Source: Heterodontus francisci (lineage: Eukaryota). From it: DNA of 64,000 nt. Positions 52,755-64,000 of the stretch are shown in pieces (position 1 is the stretch's first letter; the number at the start of each line of letters is the position of its first letter). Below the pieces are notes generated by a model. It made no database searches. It was not told where the DNA came from and worked only from the letters and a program-made list of their open reading frames with translations. Both the position numbers and the translations under genes were made by a program. Location of the stretch: positions 13,082,001-13,146,000 of the forward strand of contig NC_090415.1 in NCBI RefSeq assembly GCF_036365525.1, in the 5' to 3' direction.

Positions 52755-53078
52755 GAGGTGTTCTGCTATCACATCCTTTATAATCGACTCTAGGTGTTCT
52801 GCTATCACATCCTTTATAATCGGCTCTCGGTGTTCTGCTATCACATCCTTTATAATAGACTCTCGGTGTTCTGCTGTCACATCCTCTATAATAGACTCTA
52901 GGTGTTCTGCTATCACATCCTTTATAATAGACTCTAGGTGTTCTGCTATCACATCCTTTATAATCGACTCTAGGTGTTCTGCTATCACATCCTTTATAAT
53001 AGACTCTCGGTGTTCTGCTATCACATCCTTTATAATAGACTCTAGGTGTTCTGCCATCACATCCTTTATAATAGATTC
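52755..53078 (-). repeat. 36-bp minisatellite, 9 copies, inside CR1 RT
   Basis: Unit GTGTTCTGCTATCACATCCTTTATAATAGACTCTAG translates as 9 x ESIIKDVIAEHL-type repeats. Confidence 0.95.
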
Positions 53079-53832
53079 CAGCAGTTTCCCCACTACCAAT
53101 GTCAGGCTCACTGGTCTGCAGTTCCCTGTGTTTTCTCCCCTCCTTGTTTTAAATAGTGGGGTTCCATTTGCCACCCTCCAATCTGTACGAACTGCTCCAG
53201 AGTCTACAGAATTTTGGAATATTCGGTACTTCATATGTATCTCAGGCATTATGATGGCAACTCTTCGGTTAACACCTTAACGGATCAATATGTGTTTACT
53301 TGTGTTTAATTTAAAATATGGATTTACAATATTTTATTGCTGTAGGTTTTATTCAATTCTTGTTTGTGAGTTGCAGCTTGGTATCCAATTTGTATCTCTG
53401 CAAAAGAAATTGTGAATGATGATCTTTCAATTTTAGAACATGACCTGATATGTAATGTCAAATTCCATCTGTTTGTAGAAAATGAATTAATCCTGTATGT
53501 TGTTGTCTGACCCTTAGTGACATGTTTGAACTGCTGTGTAATTTGTAGCTCAGTTTATATTGTGGGGTATGTTATTGGGATTCATTCTGTAGCTTTCGAT
53601 CAGGTACATTTTGTCTGTTCTGTTTAAGATTTGGTATTTGAATTGTAGCCAAGGTGACACAGTGAATTTAAATCTGATAATGTGTGTGTTTTTGAACTGT
53701 AATTGATATCCAACCAGTCAGTTGGAGTGAATTAGAAACGACTACTATCTCTAATGCTCTGTTTGACTATTGAATTGATAATGTGTCTCTTGGGATCAGT
53801 GTGGGTCTGACTACTTCTTTTGTTTGTTACAG

Positions 53833-54298
53833 TGGAAATGACGACCTGACCGTGTCACTGTGCTTTGTGAATGATACTATACCTACTGTGTATTGGAACG
53901 AGCTGGATGCACGTTTTCTTCTGTCGAGGAATCACGACTTTGATTCTGGTTCCTTCAAGTCTTTGCCTGCAGGAAAAGAAAGGCAACTCTTATACTTGAA
54001 TAACAGCTGAGTGAGAAGACAGAAAAGTGATCAAAGTAATCTTTTCAACAATAATCATTCTGAACAATCACAAAAGGAAAGTTAACAACACAAGCAGTGT
54101 CAGTGTCTGAGTTCACTGCAGTACTGCAGAACTCTGCTTCTACTTGCCAGGTATTTGGAGCGGTTTTATAACAATTTTGTGACATTCAGAAACAACCCAA
54201 GCCCCGCACTGCTCCATGAATTGGAATACCCGATCGAGTAGTGACATTTGCGTAAGCCAGATTTCTATTTCCATGTCCCATTGTTCAATGGACAACAA
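53833..54298 (+). pseudogene. Second well-preserved copy of the two-exon remnant (53833-54006 and 54151-54298)
   Basis: Exon lengths are again 174 and 148 nt. The first exon is fully open but its donor is mutated to CTGAGT. The second exon has TAG-TGA and donor GTAAGC. Confidence 0.55.
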
Positions 54299-54451
54299 GT
54301 AAGCACTGTTTAAAAAAGTGTCCTTAATCTTCTCACCTGGTCCCTTCAAATCTGCCGCATCTTTATTGTTCAGCCATTTTTTTCTGCTGTTCAATATCCA
54401 ATAACAATAAATAGTGAGATACTGGATCTGAACCAGGAACATTCATTACTG

Positions 54452-54584
54452 AAGAAGGGTCACTGACCTGAAACGTTAACTCTATTTCTCTCTCCAACGA
54501 TGCAAACAGACCTGCTGAGTATTTACAAGATTTCTTGTTTTTATTTCAGATTTCCAGCATCCGCAGTATTTTGCTTTTTATTAT
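54452..54584 (+). mobile_element. Short Penelope-terminus insertion carrying the hammerhead core, 14-bp TSD
   Basis: TSD AACATTCATTACTG at 54438-54451 and 54585-54598. Empty site at about 45222. Confidence 0.85.
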
Positions 54585-54859
54585 AACATTCATTACTGTT
54601 TGGAGAGAGAAATCAGCAATGATTTTCAATAGTGAGTTGATCATATTCTGTCTCTCTCTCCCTGTCCAGACACTGCCTGAGAAAGACCTCTCCCTTCCCC
54701 CCTGGCTCACTCCATGTTGCAGGACCAGTTCCTGCTCCACAATACACATTACAAACTGTCCCCCACTCCCGCTGAATGTACCCGGTAATCAATGCTAATC
54801 TATGAGCACATCGGCAGACGCAGGCCCAAATCTGTTGTACTGCTGTGAGCAGATACTGT

Positions 54860-54990
54860 TTGTTCACTTACCCCAGGCTTGTAATGTCTCCATTTGCAGC
54901 TGATTTAAACAATCACAGTGAATGGTGCTCAGAGGCAGAGCTGGGGGATGGGGTGCGCATGCGCTCTTCTCCGCATTATGACGTCATATT
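54860..54990 (-). promoter_or_regulatory. Promoter-like element paralogous to 21700-21830: NRF1 plus CRE
   Basis: TGCGCATGCGC 54954-54964, TATGACGTCATA 54977-54988. Minus-strand donor GG/GTAAGT at 54866-54871. Confidence 0.5.
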
Positions 54991-55019
54991 CGACAGGCCT
55001 ATATCGCGCGTGAGCAGAT

Positions 55020-55632
55020 CTCTGCAGCGAGAGCAGGAACAGGCGAGAGGAGCCGGGAGATAAAAGGAGCCGAAGCCAGAGACCAGAAGCAGCAGCGGGA
55101 GCCGCTCGGTTCTGTTCTGTGGACCTGCTTGACCAGCAAAAGGTGAAGTGTGATGTCACAGGAGAGCTGCTCAGTCATTGGTGGGTATTTCTTTCTTCCA
55201 TTTGAGCAGTGGGAGTGGTGAGAGTGCGAGCCAGGGGGCAGCCGGGAAGGTAAGTTTCACTAGAAAGTACTTACCTCGTGATTGGGCGGACACGGACACG
55301 GGGACTGCTGGGTAAGTGAACTTATATATTCAGGCAGTGGCTAAACCTGAAACACTACACGTGTAGTGTCTCCCACCCATCCTCCTCCTCTAACCAAAAA
55401 AAAAGGTCTCTTGTGTGAAGGGTTCGGTCAGGTAAGTTTTTTCCTTTATTTTTTTTAATCTCTTTTGTCAATTTAGAGTGGAGGGGATGGAAGCTCGGGC
55501 AGTTGCAAGCTCCTCTTACAGGATGTGGGAGGTAAGGGTCACCACTTGTTTAATATAGGCAGGCATCAAGATCGGCGCAGGCTTGGAGGACCGAATGGCC
55601 TGTTCCTGTGCTGTACTGTTCTTTGTTCTTTG
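55020..55632 (+). mobile_element. Probable internally deleted CR1: 5' UTR and ORF1 start fused to a 3' tail
   Basis: ATG at 55487 reads MEARAVASSSYRMWEVR, like a decayed CxxC-MW start of CR1 ORF1. The tail GATCGGCGCAGGCTTGGAG...TGTTCTTTGTTCTTT follows shortly after. Confidence 0.55.
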
Positions 55633-56105
55633 AGGCAGTTCAGAGGAGGTTCACGAGACTGATTCCAGATATGAGGGGTTTGTCTTATGAAGAGAGATTG
55701 AGCAGTTTAGGCCTTTGCCTTTTCTACTGTTTAGAAGAATGAGGGGAGATCTAATTGAGGGATATATATGATGATTAAGGGGATTGACAAAGTAGACAGA
55801 GAGGATGTTTCCTCATGTGAGGCAATCTAGAACGAGAGGCCATCGTTTCAGAATAAGGGGGAGCAGATTTAAAACAGAGATGAGGAGACATTACTTCTCT
55901 CAAAGGGTCGTGAGACTGTGGAATTCACTACCCCACATTGTGCTGGATGACGGGACGTTGAGTAAAGTTAAGGAGGAGATGGTCAGATTTTCAATTAATA
56001 ATGGATTGAAGGGTTTTGGAGAACGGGAAGGAAAGTGGAGTTGAGGACGAAATGAGATCAGCCATGGTTGTATTGAATGGCGGGGCAGGTTTGAGGGGCT
56101 GAATT
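55633..56105 (+). mobile_element. CR1 3' fragment, paralogous to 36268-36740
   Basis: ORF 55805-56044 matches 36416-36676. Confidence 0.85.
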
Positions 56106-56350
56106 CTTCCTCCATTTCTCACCATCTCTTGCTCTCTCACTCTCACCTATTTTCTCTGTCTCTCCATCACTGTCCAATTGAGGAGATTCTCCCTCCATTT
56201 CTCACCATCTCTTGCTCTCTCACTCTCACCTATTTTCTCTCAGTCTCTCCATCTTTCTATGATTCTTTCAAGCTCAGTCCTTCCTCTCTCTCTCCCCATC
56301 ACTCTCTCTTTTCTATTTCCTTCTCTATTACTTGCTCTCCAACTGTCTTG
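56105..56350. repeat. CT-rich low-complexity tract with an internal direct repeat
   Basis: CCTCCATTTCTCACCATCTCTTGCTCTCTCACTCTCACCTATTTTCTCT occurs twice. Confidence 0.75.
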
Positions 56351-56539
56351 CTCTGTCTGTCCACGTTGGGTCCGTTTAAGAGTTTGGGACAGTTCTGGTG
56401 GTGCAGGGACCCTTTAAGAGCCTGGTGCTGACCCCCTCCCCCACCCGAGGGGGGTGGGGTGACAAGTCGCCCAAACCGCGGCTGCGCGGAGGCTGGAGGC
56501 AGCGTTGACCCCTTGACCTCCAGACACACGGGTCGAGGC

Positions 56540-56760
56540 AGCCAATGAGACCTCACAGAGCGGGAGGGAGGAGTCATCAGCCGCCATGTTTGCGTGACGT
56601 CACCCGCCGGCCACTTATTTCCGCAAAGAGCAGCTGAAAGGAAAAGGAGAAGCGGCTTCAGCTGTCGATTTCAATGGAGCAAAGTTGAACGTCTGAGCCG
56701 GGGGAGAATATAAAAAAGCGGCGGTTAACGCTCTTGTGGAGATGCGCATGTGCGGAGCAT
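56540..56760 (+). promoter_or_regulatory. CpG-rich Pol II promoter-like cluster
   Basis: CCAAT 56542, YY1-type GCCGCCATGTT 56580-56590, CRE TGACGTCA 56595-56602, TATAAAA 56709-56715, NRF1-like TGCGCATGTGC 56743-56753. Confidence 0.55.
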
Positions 56761-57159
56761 CCTCCCAAAGTGCAGCGCGGCCAGTACCGCAGAAAGGGGA
56801 CGATCCCAGTCGCGCGGCATTGTGGGAGCCGCAGGACGCCATTGCCCCCTCATTCACTTAGTCAAAATTAACTCATTCCCTCTCAGCTCTCTATTCCTCC
56901 TTTTCATATTGCTGGCTGAAATGGGCTTTGTTGGCATTCATTCCACCATCCCGGGTGTGATCAGATACTCTGTCCCTTCGTAAACGATTTCCTGTCCCTC
57001 CAACACATTGTGCTTGTTATTGGCTTTTCTCCTACTGAAATGGTTGCTGAATTTGTTGGTCTTTTTCTCCTGGCTTCAAAGCTAACCCTCTCTCCCTCTG
57101 TCTCTCTCCTCGTGTTAGAGATTGCAGGAGGGAGAGAGAGAGGAAGACGGAGAAAGACA

Positions 57160-57480
57160 CAGAGAACAACCCCAGCTTCTCCAATCTATCCACGTAACTG
57201 AAGTCCCTCATCCCTGGAACCTTGCTCGTGAATCTTTTATGCATCATCTCTAAAGCCCCCACATCCTTCCTAAAGTATGGTGTCCAGAATTGGACACAAT
57301 ACTAGATGAGGATGAAGCAGTGTTTTATAAAGCTTCATCATAACCTCCTTGCTTTTACACTCTCAGCTTCTATTTCCAAAGCCTGGATCCTAAATGCCTT
57401 TTAACCACTTTCTCAACTAGCCCTGCCACCTTCAATTTGTGCACAGACATCCCCAGGTCTCTCTGTTCCTGCACCCACTT
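57160..57480 (-). mobile_element. CR1 fragment
   Basis: ALEMMHKRFTSKVPGMRDFSYVDRLEKLGLFS. Confidence 0.75.
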
Positions 57481-57854
57481 CCTTCTCTTCTTCGGTTCTC
57501 ATAACACAGAGGGACAGGAGGACAGGGAGGTCGAGAAATAAGGAGGGGGAGAGAGAGCAAACAAACAGGAAACACGTATGGGAACACCACCACCTGCAAG
57601 TTTCCCTTCCAGTCTCACACCATCCTGACTTGGAACTACATCACTTAACTGTCACTAGGTCAAAATCCTGGACCTCACTTCCTAACAGCACTGTGGGTCT
57701 ATCTTCCCCACATGGACTGCAGCGGTTCAAGAAGGTTCAACGGCAATTCGTGATGGGCAATAAAATGCTGGCAGAGCCAGTAATGCACACATCCAACAAA
57801 TGAATAAAAATAATAACAATTTGGCACCAAGTCACGAAAGGGGAGACCAATGGA

Positions 57855-58395
57855 GGGACAGAGAGAGAGACAGTGAGAGAAGGAGAGAGGGAGTGTCAGG
57901 GAGGGAAAGACAGATGGAGGGACAGAGTGAGAGACAGAGAGAGAAGGAGACAGATGGAATGACGGAGGGAAGGACAGACGGAGGGATGGACAGAGAGACA
58001 GTGATAGAAGGACAGAGAGGGAGTGTCAGGGAGGGAAAGACAGATGGAGACAGAGGCAGAGATGGAAGGAGAGAGAGGGAGTGACAGGGAGGGAAAGACA
58101 GATGGAGAGAGAGAGAGAGAGATAGGAGGAGAGAGAGGGAAAGACAGAGAGGGAAAGACTGATGGAGAGGGAGAGAGAGAGAGGCAGAGATAGAAGGAGA
58201 GGGAGGGAGAGACAGAGAGGGAAAGACAGATGGAAAGACAGAGACAGAGATAGAAGGAGAGAGAGGGAAAGACAGATGGATAGACAGAGAGAGAGAGAGA
58301 CAGAGAGACAGAGATAGAAGGAGAGAGAGGGAAAGACAGATGGAGAGACAGAGAGAGAGAGGCAGAGATGGAAGGAGAGAGAGGGAGTGTCAGGG
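57855..58395. repeat. GA-rich compound microsatellite/minisatellite
   Basis: Repeats of GAGGGAAAGACAGATGGA and GAGAGACAGAGA, nearly all purine on the plus strand. Confidence 0.92.
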
Positions 58396-61300
58396 TCTGA
58401 TGTACAGAGAGACTTGGGTGTTCAGGTCCATTGTTCCCTGAAGGTGGCAAAGCAGGTCAATAGGGTGGTCAAGAAGGCATACGGCATGCTTTCCTTCATT
58501 GGACGGGGTATTGAGTACAAGGGTTGGCAGGTCATGTTACAGTTGTATAAGACTTTGGTTCGGCCACATTTGGAATACTGCGTGCAGTTCTGGTCGCCAC
58601 ATTACCAAAAGGATGTGGATGCTTTGGAGAGGGTGCAGAGGAGGTTCACCAGGATGTTGCCTGGGATGGAGGGTGCTAGCTATGAAGAGAGGTTGAGCAG
58701 ATTAGGATTATTTTCATTAGAAAGACGGAGGTTGAGGGGGGACCTGATTGAGGTGTACAAAATCATGAGAGGAATAGACAGGGTGGATAGCAAGAAGCTT
58801 TTTCCCCAGAGCGGGGGATTCAATTACTAGGGGTCACGAGTTCAAAGTGATAGGGGAAACGTTTAGGGGGGATATGCGTGGAAAGTTCTTTACACAGAGG
58901 GTGGTGGGTGCCTGGAACGTGTTGCCAGCGGAGGTGGTAGACGCGGGCACGATAGCGTCTTTTAAGATGTATCTAGACAGATACATGAATGGGCAGGAAG
59001 CAAAGAGATACAGACCCTAAGAAAATAGGCGACATGTTTAGATAGAGGATCTGGATCGGCGCAGGCTTGGAGGGCCGAAGGGCCTGTTCCTGTGCTGTAA
59101 TTTTCTTTGTTCTTTGAGTGGGGCAAATGCGAGCATTGAAGTGCAAGTCCTTATCTCCATGTAGCGTGCCAAATAAGGTTGGTCAGCTGCAGTCAAAAGT
59201 AACCACATGAAAGATTTATATGACAGCGCTTCTGATATGTCTTCCTTTTTCCTCAACCGAGGATACCCATGTCCTCCCTTTCCACCCCATCAGCCTCCAC
59301 ATCCAAAGAATCATCCTCCGCCATTTCTGCCACCTCCAGCGTGATGCCACTACCAAATACATCTTCCCCTCCCTTCCCCTGTCAGCATTCCGAAGGGATC
59401 ATTCCCTCCGCGACACCCTGGTCCACTCCTCCATTACCCCCACCACCTTGTCCCCTTCACATGGCACCTTCCCCTGCAATCACAGGAGGTGTAATACCTG
59501 CCCCTTTACCTCCTCTCTACTCACAATCCCAGGCCCCAAACACTCCTTTCGAGTGAAGCAGCGATTTACTTGTACTTCTTTCAATATGGTATACTGTATT
59601 CGCTGCTCACAATGTGGTCTCCTCTACATTGGGGAGACCAAACATATAATGGGTGACCGCTTTGCGTAACACCTCCGCTCAGTCCGAAAGCATGACCCCG
59701 AGCTTCCGGTTGCTTGTCATTACAACACTACCCCCTGCTTACATCTCTGTCCTGGGATTGCTGCAGTGTTCCAGTGAACATCAAGGTAAGCTCGAGGTAC
59801 AGCATCTCATTTACTGATTAGGCACAATGCAACCTGCCAGACTGAGCATTGAGTTCAATAATTTCAGAGCATGACGGGCCCCCCAATTTACTTTTATTTT
59901 TAATTATTCTTTCCTTTTTATCTTTATTTTTATCTTTATTTTATTTTATATCACCTCAGTTGGTTCAGTTTGCTTACCCACTTTTTTTTCATATTTGTAC
60001 TTGCGGCTGTTCAATTTTCATCCATTAACACCCTATCTGTACGAATGCTTTGTCTTTCAACACACCATTAACATAATGTTTGCCTTTGTTCCATGACCTT
60101 CTGGTCAGCTATTCTGTGACATTTCCCTTTCTACACCTTCTCCCTTGTTATCTCTTGCCCCACCCCCGCTTTACTTGCTTAAAACCTTTCACATTTCTAA
60201 TATTTACCAGTTCTGAAGAAGGGTCACTGACCTGAAATGTTAACTCTGCTTCTCTCTCCACAAATGCTGCCAAACCAGCTGAGTATATCCAGCATTTCTT
60301 GTATTCATTATGAAAGATTTATATCGTGACCATTACATAATTCTGGCTGAAACTAGGCGAGGCAAGGGAACTTATTATTACTGGCGACAAATATTCAGGA
60401 AAGACAGGTCTGAAAAAATATGGAGGGTTGTGGAGTTGAAATAATTGATCAAATATAATATGATAACACTGGCAGGGATGATGTTTTTGAGGTGTTAACA
60501 AAAGCATCTATTTGGTCACATATGTGGAATATGGCAGGAGGAAATGCATGGACATTCTGGGGCGCGAAATATTTGTCCTTCCCTGCCGGACATGTGAGTG
60601 TGGGATTCATTCTGTGCCCATCAGTATGTGATATTTACCCGTGGCCTTTACTCTATATCTGTCAATCTATGGTCAATGATTTGGTCATTTCATTCAATAA
60701 TTTTAATCTTCAATAGATGATTCTGTTTTATTTTTCTCTGTAACATTCAGTTTCTAAATGGGTGATGATGGGTTTTGTCTCTTAGTTTTATGCTCCTATC
60801 TATACTACTTAATACACAACTATTCTTTTGCACCTGAAAAGCTTGGATAGATGACTCTGGATTGTGTTATGTAAGTAAGGGGTTGTTCCCCTTAGAGAAA
60901 TGGAGATTGAGAGGAGGTTTGACAGAGGTGTATATAAGTTAGACAAGGATAACCTGTTCCCATTAGCTGATGGTACAAGGACTAGGAGACACAGACTGAT
61001 GGTTTATTGCAAGAGATGGAAGGGAATGTGAGGAAGAACTTTTTCTGTTTTACCTGCTGGAACTCGCTGTCCACAAGTGTGGTGGAAGGAGAGAGAATCA
61101 ATGATTTCAATAAGAAACTGGAGAAGCACTTGAAGGAAACAAACTTGCTGCAGGGCGAAGCTGATCAAGCAAGGAAGTGAATCTGATTGGATGTTGAGAA
61201 TATTTTGGAAGCTTTCTTTCTGAATTTGCATTGACATTTTTAAGCTGCAAAATTCCACAGCACACTTGACCATCAACTTTAAGGGAGAAGAACATAAAGT

Positions 61301-62704
61301 TGAGAATATTTGTCGACTTCAATTCAGTCATGGCTTTTCATTTGTGACATTCTATGGCAAGGTTGCAGAAATATATTTGACCGCGAGTGGGCATTGCGAT
61401 GACCGGGAATCTAATCTGGGTCAATTGTTTGGAAGGCAGATATCCTCACCACTATACCAGCATCGCTGGCATACATGTAGCTCGTCATTTATACAGTATG
61501 CACACCAGAGCTCATTGGAACTCAAATGTCATTTCAACCATTTCAATCTGCACCTTAACACCACGTTCATGTTCCCATTGGAGGATAGAATCATGGAATG
61601 GTTACAACATCTCCTAGAAACCGACAAAATTCTAACAGGACTGGACAGACTAGATGTCGGAAGAATGTTCCTGATGGTGGGGGAGTCCAGGACCAGGGGT
61701 GACAGTCTAAAGATAAGGGGTAAGACATTTAGGACTGAGATGAGGAGGGATTTCTTCACCCAGGAAATGGTGAACCTGTGGAATTCTCTACCATAGAAAA
61801 GAGTTGAGGCCAAATTATTAAATAAATTCATAAAAGAGTTTGTACTACTGGATTCGGGCATTTAGATGCTCATCAGATGAAATGCATTTTAATTTCCTCT
61901 TATATTTGTAAGGCTTTTTTTTTACAGTACTACCTTTTAGGGCCACACAGTGATGAACACCGCAAACTCACAGCCACAGCGAACAGGGTTCAGTTCTGGG
62001 TACTGCCTGTGCGGAGTTTGCAAGTTCTCCCTGTGAATGCTTGGGTTTCCGCCTTGTGCTCCGGTTTGCTCCCACAGCCAAACACTTGCAGGTTGATAGG
62101 TAAATTGGCAATCTTAAATTGCCCCTAGTACAGGTAGGAGAATTGAGGGAAGATAGGAATGTGGTAGGGAATATGGGATTAATATAGGAATAGTATGAAT
62201 GGGTGGTTGATGGTCGGCACAGACTCAGTGGGCCGAAGGGCCTGTTTCAGTGCTGTATCACTCTCTGACTCTATGTACTACTAAAGCGTGTCTTTAGTTC
62301 TCAAATGATCGCCGCTTATTTCAAAAGGGATCAAAGGATACGCGGACAAAGCGAGAACAGGGTACTGAGTTTGGATGCTCAGCCATGATCATATTGACTG
62401 GCGGTGCAGGCTCGAAGCGCGGAATGGCTTACTCCTGCTCCAATCTTTCGATGTTTCTATTAAGTTGGTTATTCGGCCCGTCGTGTCGCGGCCGGCTCTC
62501 TGCAAGACCAGCTCACCTCCTCCCACCGACCCGCCTTTGCTCCATTGCTCTGCAGTTTTGTTTTATTCTTGATATAATTATCCAATTCTGTTTTCAGGGT
62601 CTCGATTGAATCTGCCCCCAACACACTCGATGTTATTCCTCTCCAATTTCAGATATTTCTGAAGGAATGGGAATATTCTTGCATGACTCACTTTTAGCCA
62701 GTAG

Positions 62705-63030
62705 ATGGCATCAGTCTACAATCATTTGGATCTTGTGATTTGTGTGCACACATATCGACCGCAATGGGTCTGCTGCTGCCCGGGGAGTTCTCCAAGTACG
62801 CCGCCTTGGCAGGGACAAATACACTGACGAAGTTTACAGGTCCTTGTAAATCTCCACAATGTACAGAAATAAAACACGAAACGCAACATCTCTTTTAAAA
62901 TCAGCCGACAGCTTCTTTGAAACAACTGCCCTGAAAAAAAAAACTGACCCTGCCCGGAACTGAGTTTGAAATCAGATAACACAACGGCTCTTCAAAGAGA
63001 CATCAAATTGGCAAAAGATAGAGCTGTTAT
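62705..63030 (+). pseudogene. H2B remnant plus orphan H3 3' UTR (copy of 4408-4715)
   Basis: TAMGLLLPGEFSKYAALAGTNTLTKFTGPC..., then AAACTGACCCTGCCC...GGCTCTTCAAAGAGAC. Confidence 0.75.
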
Positions 63031-63435
63031 CTCTTGTTGATTCCAGCACATAAACGTCTCAGAAGGATTTGACCACCCTCCTTACTGTCCACTGATAACT
63101 CTCGAAGCAGTGACCCAGATTCCTTTGTCTTCATATTGCAGCCGGGAATTTCAAGACCTTGCAGTTCTCAGTGTGAGAGCAGTGACACCATTGTATCCAA
63201 GTCATTTTATCAGAGTAGCTCATTTTAGAACTCAAGACACGCCTTACTGGTATATAAACGGTAGAATTGTGAAAAAAGCCTTACAAATATGGCAAGAGAA
63301 AATTAAAAGGCATTCCATCAGATGAGCAGATAAATGCTTGACTCCAGGACAATTCATAGCAACACAAAATAACGCGAACAGTATAACATTACCGTCTCTC
63401 AGACAGTAACCATCCCTTTCACAGATGAAGTGGGT

Positions 63436-63451
63436 GGCTCTGAAAAGAGCC
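63436..63451 (-). other. Histone 3' stem-loop of the third H2A
   Basis: GGCTCTTTTCAGAGCC-ACCCA on the minus strand. Confidence 0.95.
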
Positions 63452-63481
63452 TTTGGGTTGACAAATTCAGGTCTGGCAGCT

Positions 63482-63871
63482 TCACTTGCCCTTCGTGCTC
63501 GGAGTGCTGGTTTTCTTGGGCAGCAGCACGGCCTGGATATTAGGCAGCACACCGCCTTGTGCGATGGTCACCCCTCCCAGCAGCCTGTTGAGCTCCTCGT
63601 CGTTGCGGACGGCCAGCTGCAGGTGTCTGGGGATGATACGGGTCTTCTTGTTGTCCCGGGCCGCGTTGCCGGCCAGCTCGAGGATTTCAGCTGTCAGATA
63701 CTCGAGCACAGCAGCCAGATAGACAGGGGCTCCGGCACCCACCCGCTCAGCATAGTTGCCCTTTTTAAGGAACCTGTGAACACGGCCCACCGGGAACTGC
63801 AGTCCAGCTCGGGAGGAGCGGGACTTGGCCTTGGACCGAGCTTTACCACTGGTCTTCCCTCTTCCAGACAT
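63482..63871 (-). CDS. H2A: Histone H2A, 129 aa (duplicate of 5164-5553; one Ala>Thr change in the C-tail)
   Basis: [14 protein letters not shown]...[11 protein letters not shown], with stem-loop. Confidence 0.97.
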   Translation of the reverse strand: MSGRGKTSGKARSKAKSRSSRAGLQFPVGRVHRFLKKGNYAERVGAGAPVYLAAVLEYLTAEILELAGNAARDNKKTRIIPRHLQLAVRNDEELNRLLGGVTIAQGGVLPNIQAVLLPKKTSTPSTKGK

Positions 63872-64000
63872 TTCCACAATCTCACAAGCACTTTCACGAA
63901 GAATGTTGAGATCCGCCCACATTCCTCCTCCTTGTACCTTCTGGAGGAATGGAGTGGTGGGCACTGCTGATTGGTCACTCTGCTCTGTGCTCTTCATGTA

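Larger units (their letters stand above)
49460..54780 (+). repeat. Duplicated block paralogous to about 39520-45400 (two minus-strand CR1s, spacer, exon remnants)
   Basis: Paralogous ORFs 40179/49677, 40861/50674, 43467/52671 and 44145/53783. Confidence 0.88.
58398..64000 (+). repeat. Near-identical copy of 81-5683 (CR1, Penelope plus hammerhead at 60209-60245, SINE, H2B and H3 remnants, H2A)
   Basis: Nearly constant offset of 58317-58318; many ORFs pair up, for example 721/59038, 903/59220 and 5164/63482. Confidence 0.97.

Noticed and set aside
52755-53078. 36-bp repeats as a CRISPR array or a novel repeat protein
   Set aside because: There are no unique spacers, the context is eukaryotic, and the unit is a piece of CR1 RT.
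53883-53966. Minus-strand 84-nt exon candidate (LRR-sized)
   Set aside because: No LRR pattern, a stop in the 44-kb paralog, and no acceptor in the other copies. The plus-strand two-exon model explains the region better.
55300-55400. HDV-like ribozyme in the putative CR1 5' UTR
   Set aside because: I could see only a simple palindrome and could not assemble the nested double pseudoknot by eye.
57800-58450. ORFs 57800-58084 and 57896-58450
   Set aside because: They are translations of the GA/CT microsatellite.

Overview
Eukaryotic, repeat-dense DNA. The CR1, V-SINE and Penelope content suggests a cartilaginous fish (inference). It contains a replication-dependent histone locus with seven intact intronless genes, each with a 3' stem-loop: H2A (5164-5553 -), H2B (6551-6931 -), H1 (27689-28372 +), H4 (29139-29450 +), H3.2 (30094-30504 +), H2A (31028-31417 -) and H2A (63482-63871 -). 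There are also three H2B pseudogene remnants, two orphan H3 3' ends and a decayed tRNA-Ser. Bases 81-5683 recur at 58398-64000 (offset about 58,317), so the window may span roughly one unit of a ~58-kb duplication or tandem array. Nested 1.6-6 kb duplications lie inside it. The rest is decayed CR1 LINEs, Penelope-like elements with minimal hammerhead ribozyme motifs, one RTE LINE, tRNA-derived SINEs and satellites. Most notable: (1) two complementary partial histone quintets; (2) an H1 TG-box/AC-box pair exactly 354 bp apart; (3) short Penelope-terminus insertions with target-site duplications and empty paralogous sites; (4) an unidentified phase-compatible two-exon coding remnant in four copies; (5) a cryptic ~40-bp satellite spread across the spacers. 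I see no convincing wholly new biological system. Repeat boundaries are approximate and were read by eye.
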